NCBI GenBank assembly: GCA_030141605.1
Contig: JAQGDQ010000029.1
Span: forward strand, 434,001-498,000
Source: Tubiluchus corallicola
Lineage: Eukaryota; Animalia; Priapulida
Reading direction: 5' to 3'
Length of the DNA stretch: 64,000 bases
The notes below the pieces were generated by a model that ran no database searches, had not been told where the DNA came from, and was given only the letters and a program-made list of their open reading frames with translations. The position numbers and the translations under genes are program-made. Of this stretch, positions 63,708 to 64,000 are shown piece by piece. Each line of letters starts with the position of its first letter. Position 1 is the first letter of the stretch.

Positions 63708-63953
63708 GTGAATTGCACGATACAACATTCAGGTGCCTTACTGCTGGTGTATTGTATTATATAGTCTGCATATTGATAGCGTTGGAAGTTAATGCAGAAT
63801 ATCATTTCTTTTCAAATAGAAACTTCCATTTACCTGGTATATCCTCACATTCCAAACAACTTCTTGGACAATTTGCTACCATAAAGTTTGGATTCTTTTC
63901 ACACTCTCTTGTTTCTGCCCATATTCTACATTCTGGTAGATCATCTTTGCAAG
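59739..63953 (-). CDS. Multi-ShKT domain protein, 3' part (5' end beyond the right window edge)
   Basis: Five exons (63834-63953, 62831-62953, 61108-61236, 60142-60264, 59739-59866), each encoding one six-Cys ShKT (C.D...C..WA..GEC..NP.FM...C..SC..C); all introns phase 1; TAG at 59739-59741. Confidence 0.92.
60142..60264 (-). CDS. ShKT exon D
   Basis: PCIDKNLNCEEWADEGECEANPDFMLKDCPLSCKTCMRKS. Confidence 0.92.
61108..61236 (-). CDS. ShKT exon C
   Basis: CVDFDGNCPLWAKRGECYKRPNFLLYKCRKSCSVCTYIEAMT. Confidence 0.92.
61345..61420. repeat. (TA)n / (GA)n compound microsatellite
   Basis: Direct reading. Confidence 0.85.
61415..61667 (+). repeat. Dispersed repeat, copy 3 of 3
   Basis: See 33346-33612. 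Confidence 0.6.
62831..62953 (-). CDS. ShKT exon B
   Basis: CYNYIDDKHCEEGAQKGHCKTVGNFVFNCQKSCKVCGEQA. Confidence 0.88.
63625..63705. repeat. (TAT)n microsatellite
   Basis: Direct reading; explains the poly-Leu ORF 63596-63970. Confidence 0.92.
63834..63953 (-). CDS. ShKT exon A
   Basis: CKDDLPECRIWAETRECEKNPNFMVANCPRSCLECEDIP. Confidence 0.92.
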
Positions 63954-64000
63954 CTGAAATAATGCAATAACAAAATCCCGTATCATTGTGTAATTTTAAT

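Noticed and set aside
63596-63970. Poly-Leu membrane protein ORF
   Set aside because: Translation of a (TAT)n microsatellite, antisense to a real ShKT exon.

Overview
AT-rich, intron-rich animal (invertebrate-looking) genomic DNA. About two thirds of the window (522-44134, minus strand) is a reelin orthologue. I traced 40 coding exons by hand, all with GT-AG junctions and consistent phases, giving about 2020 codons: signal peptide, reeler domain, H region, reelin repeats 1-4 with their EGF modules and the start of repeat 5. The gene continues off the left edge. Upstream of it lie a probable solo LTR, a 5'-truncated RTE-clade LINE with an 11-bp TSD, and a two-coding-exon secreted, probably GPI-anchored LRR gene. 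Next comes a decayed RTEX-like LINE interrupted by a composite SINE: 5S rRNA-derived head, RTE-5'UTR-like body, and a 3' tail nearly identical to the neighbouring RTE LINE. The window ends in the 3' part of a gene encoding at least five tandem ShKT domains, one per phase-1 exon. Introns hold pogo/Tc2-like and Kolobok-like MITEs, nested tRNA-derived SINEs, tandem duplications and a perfect 32-bp hairpin. All similarity calls rest on recalled family motifs, not database searches.
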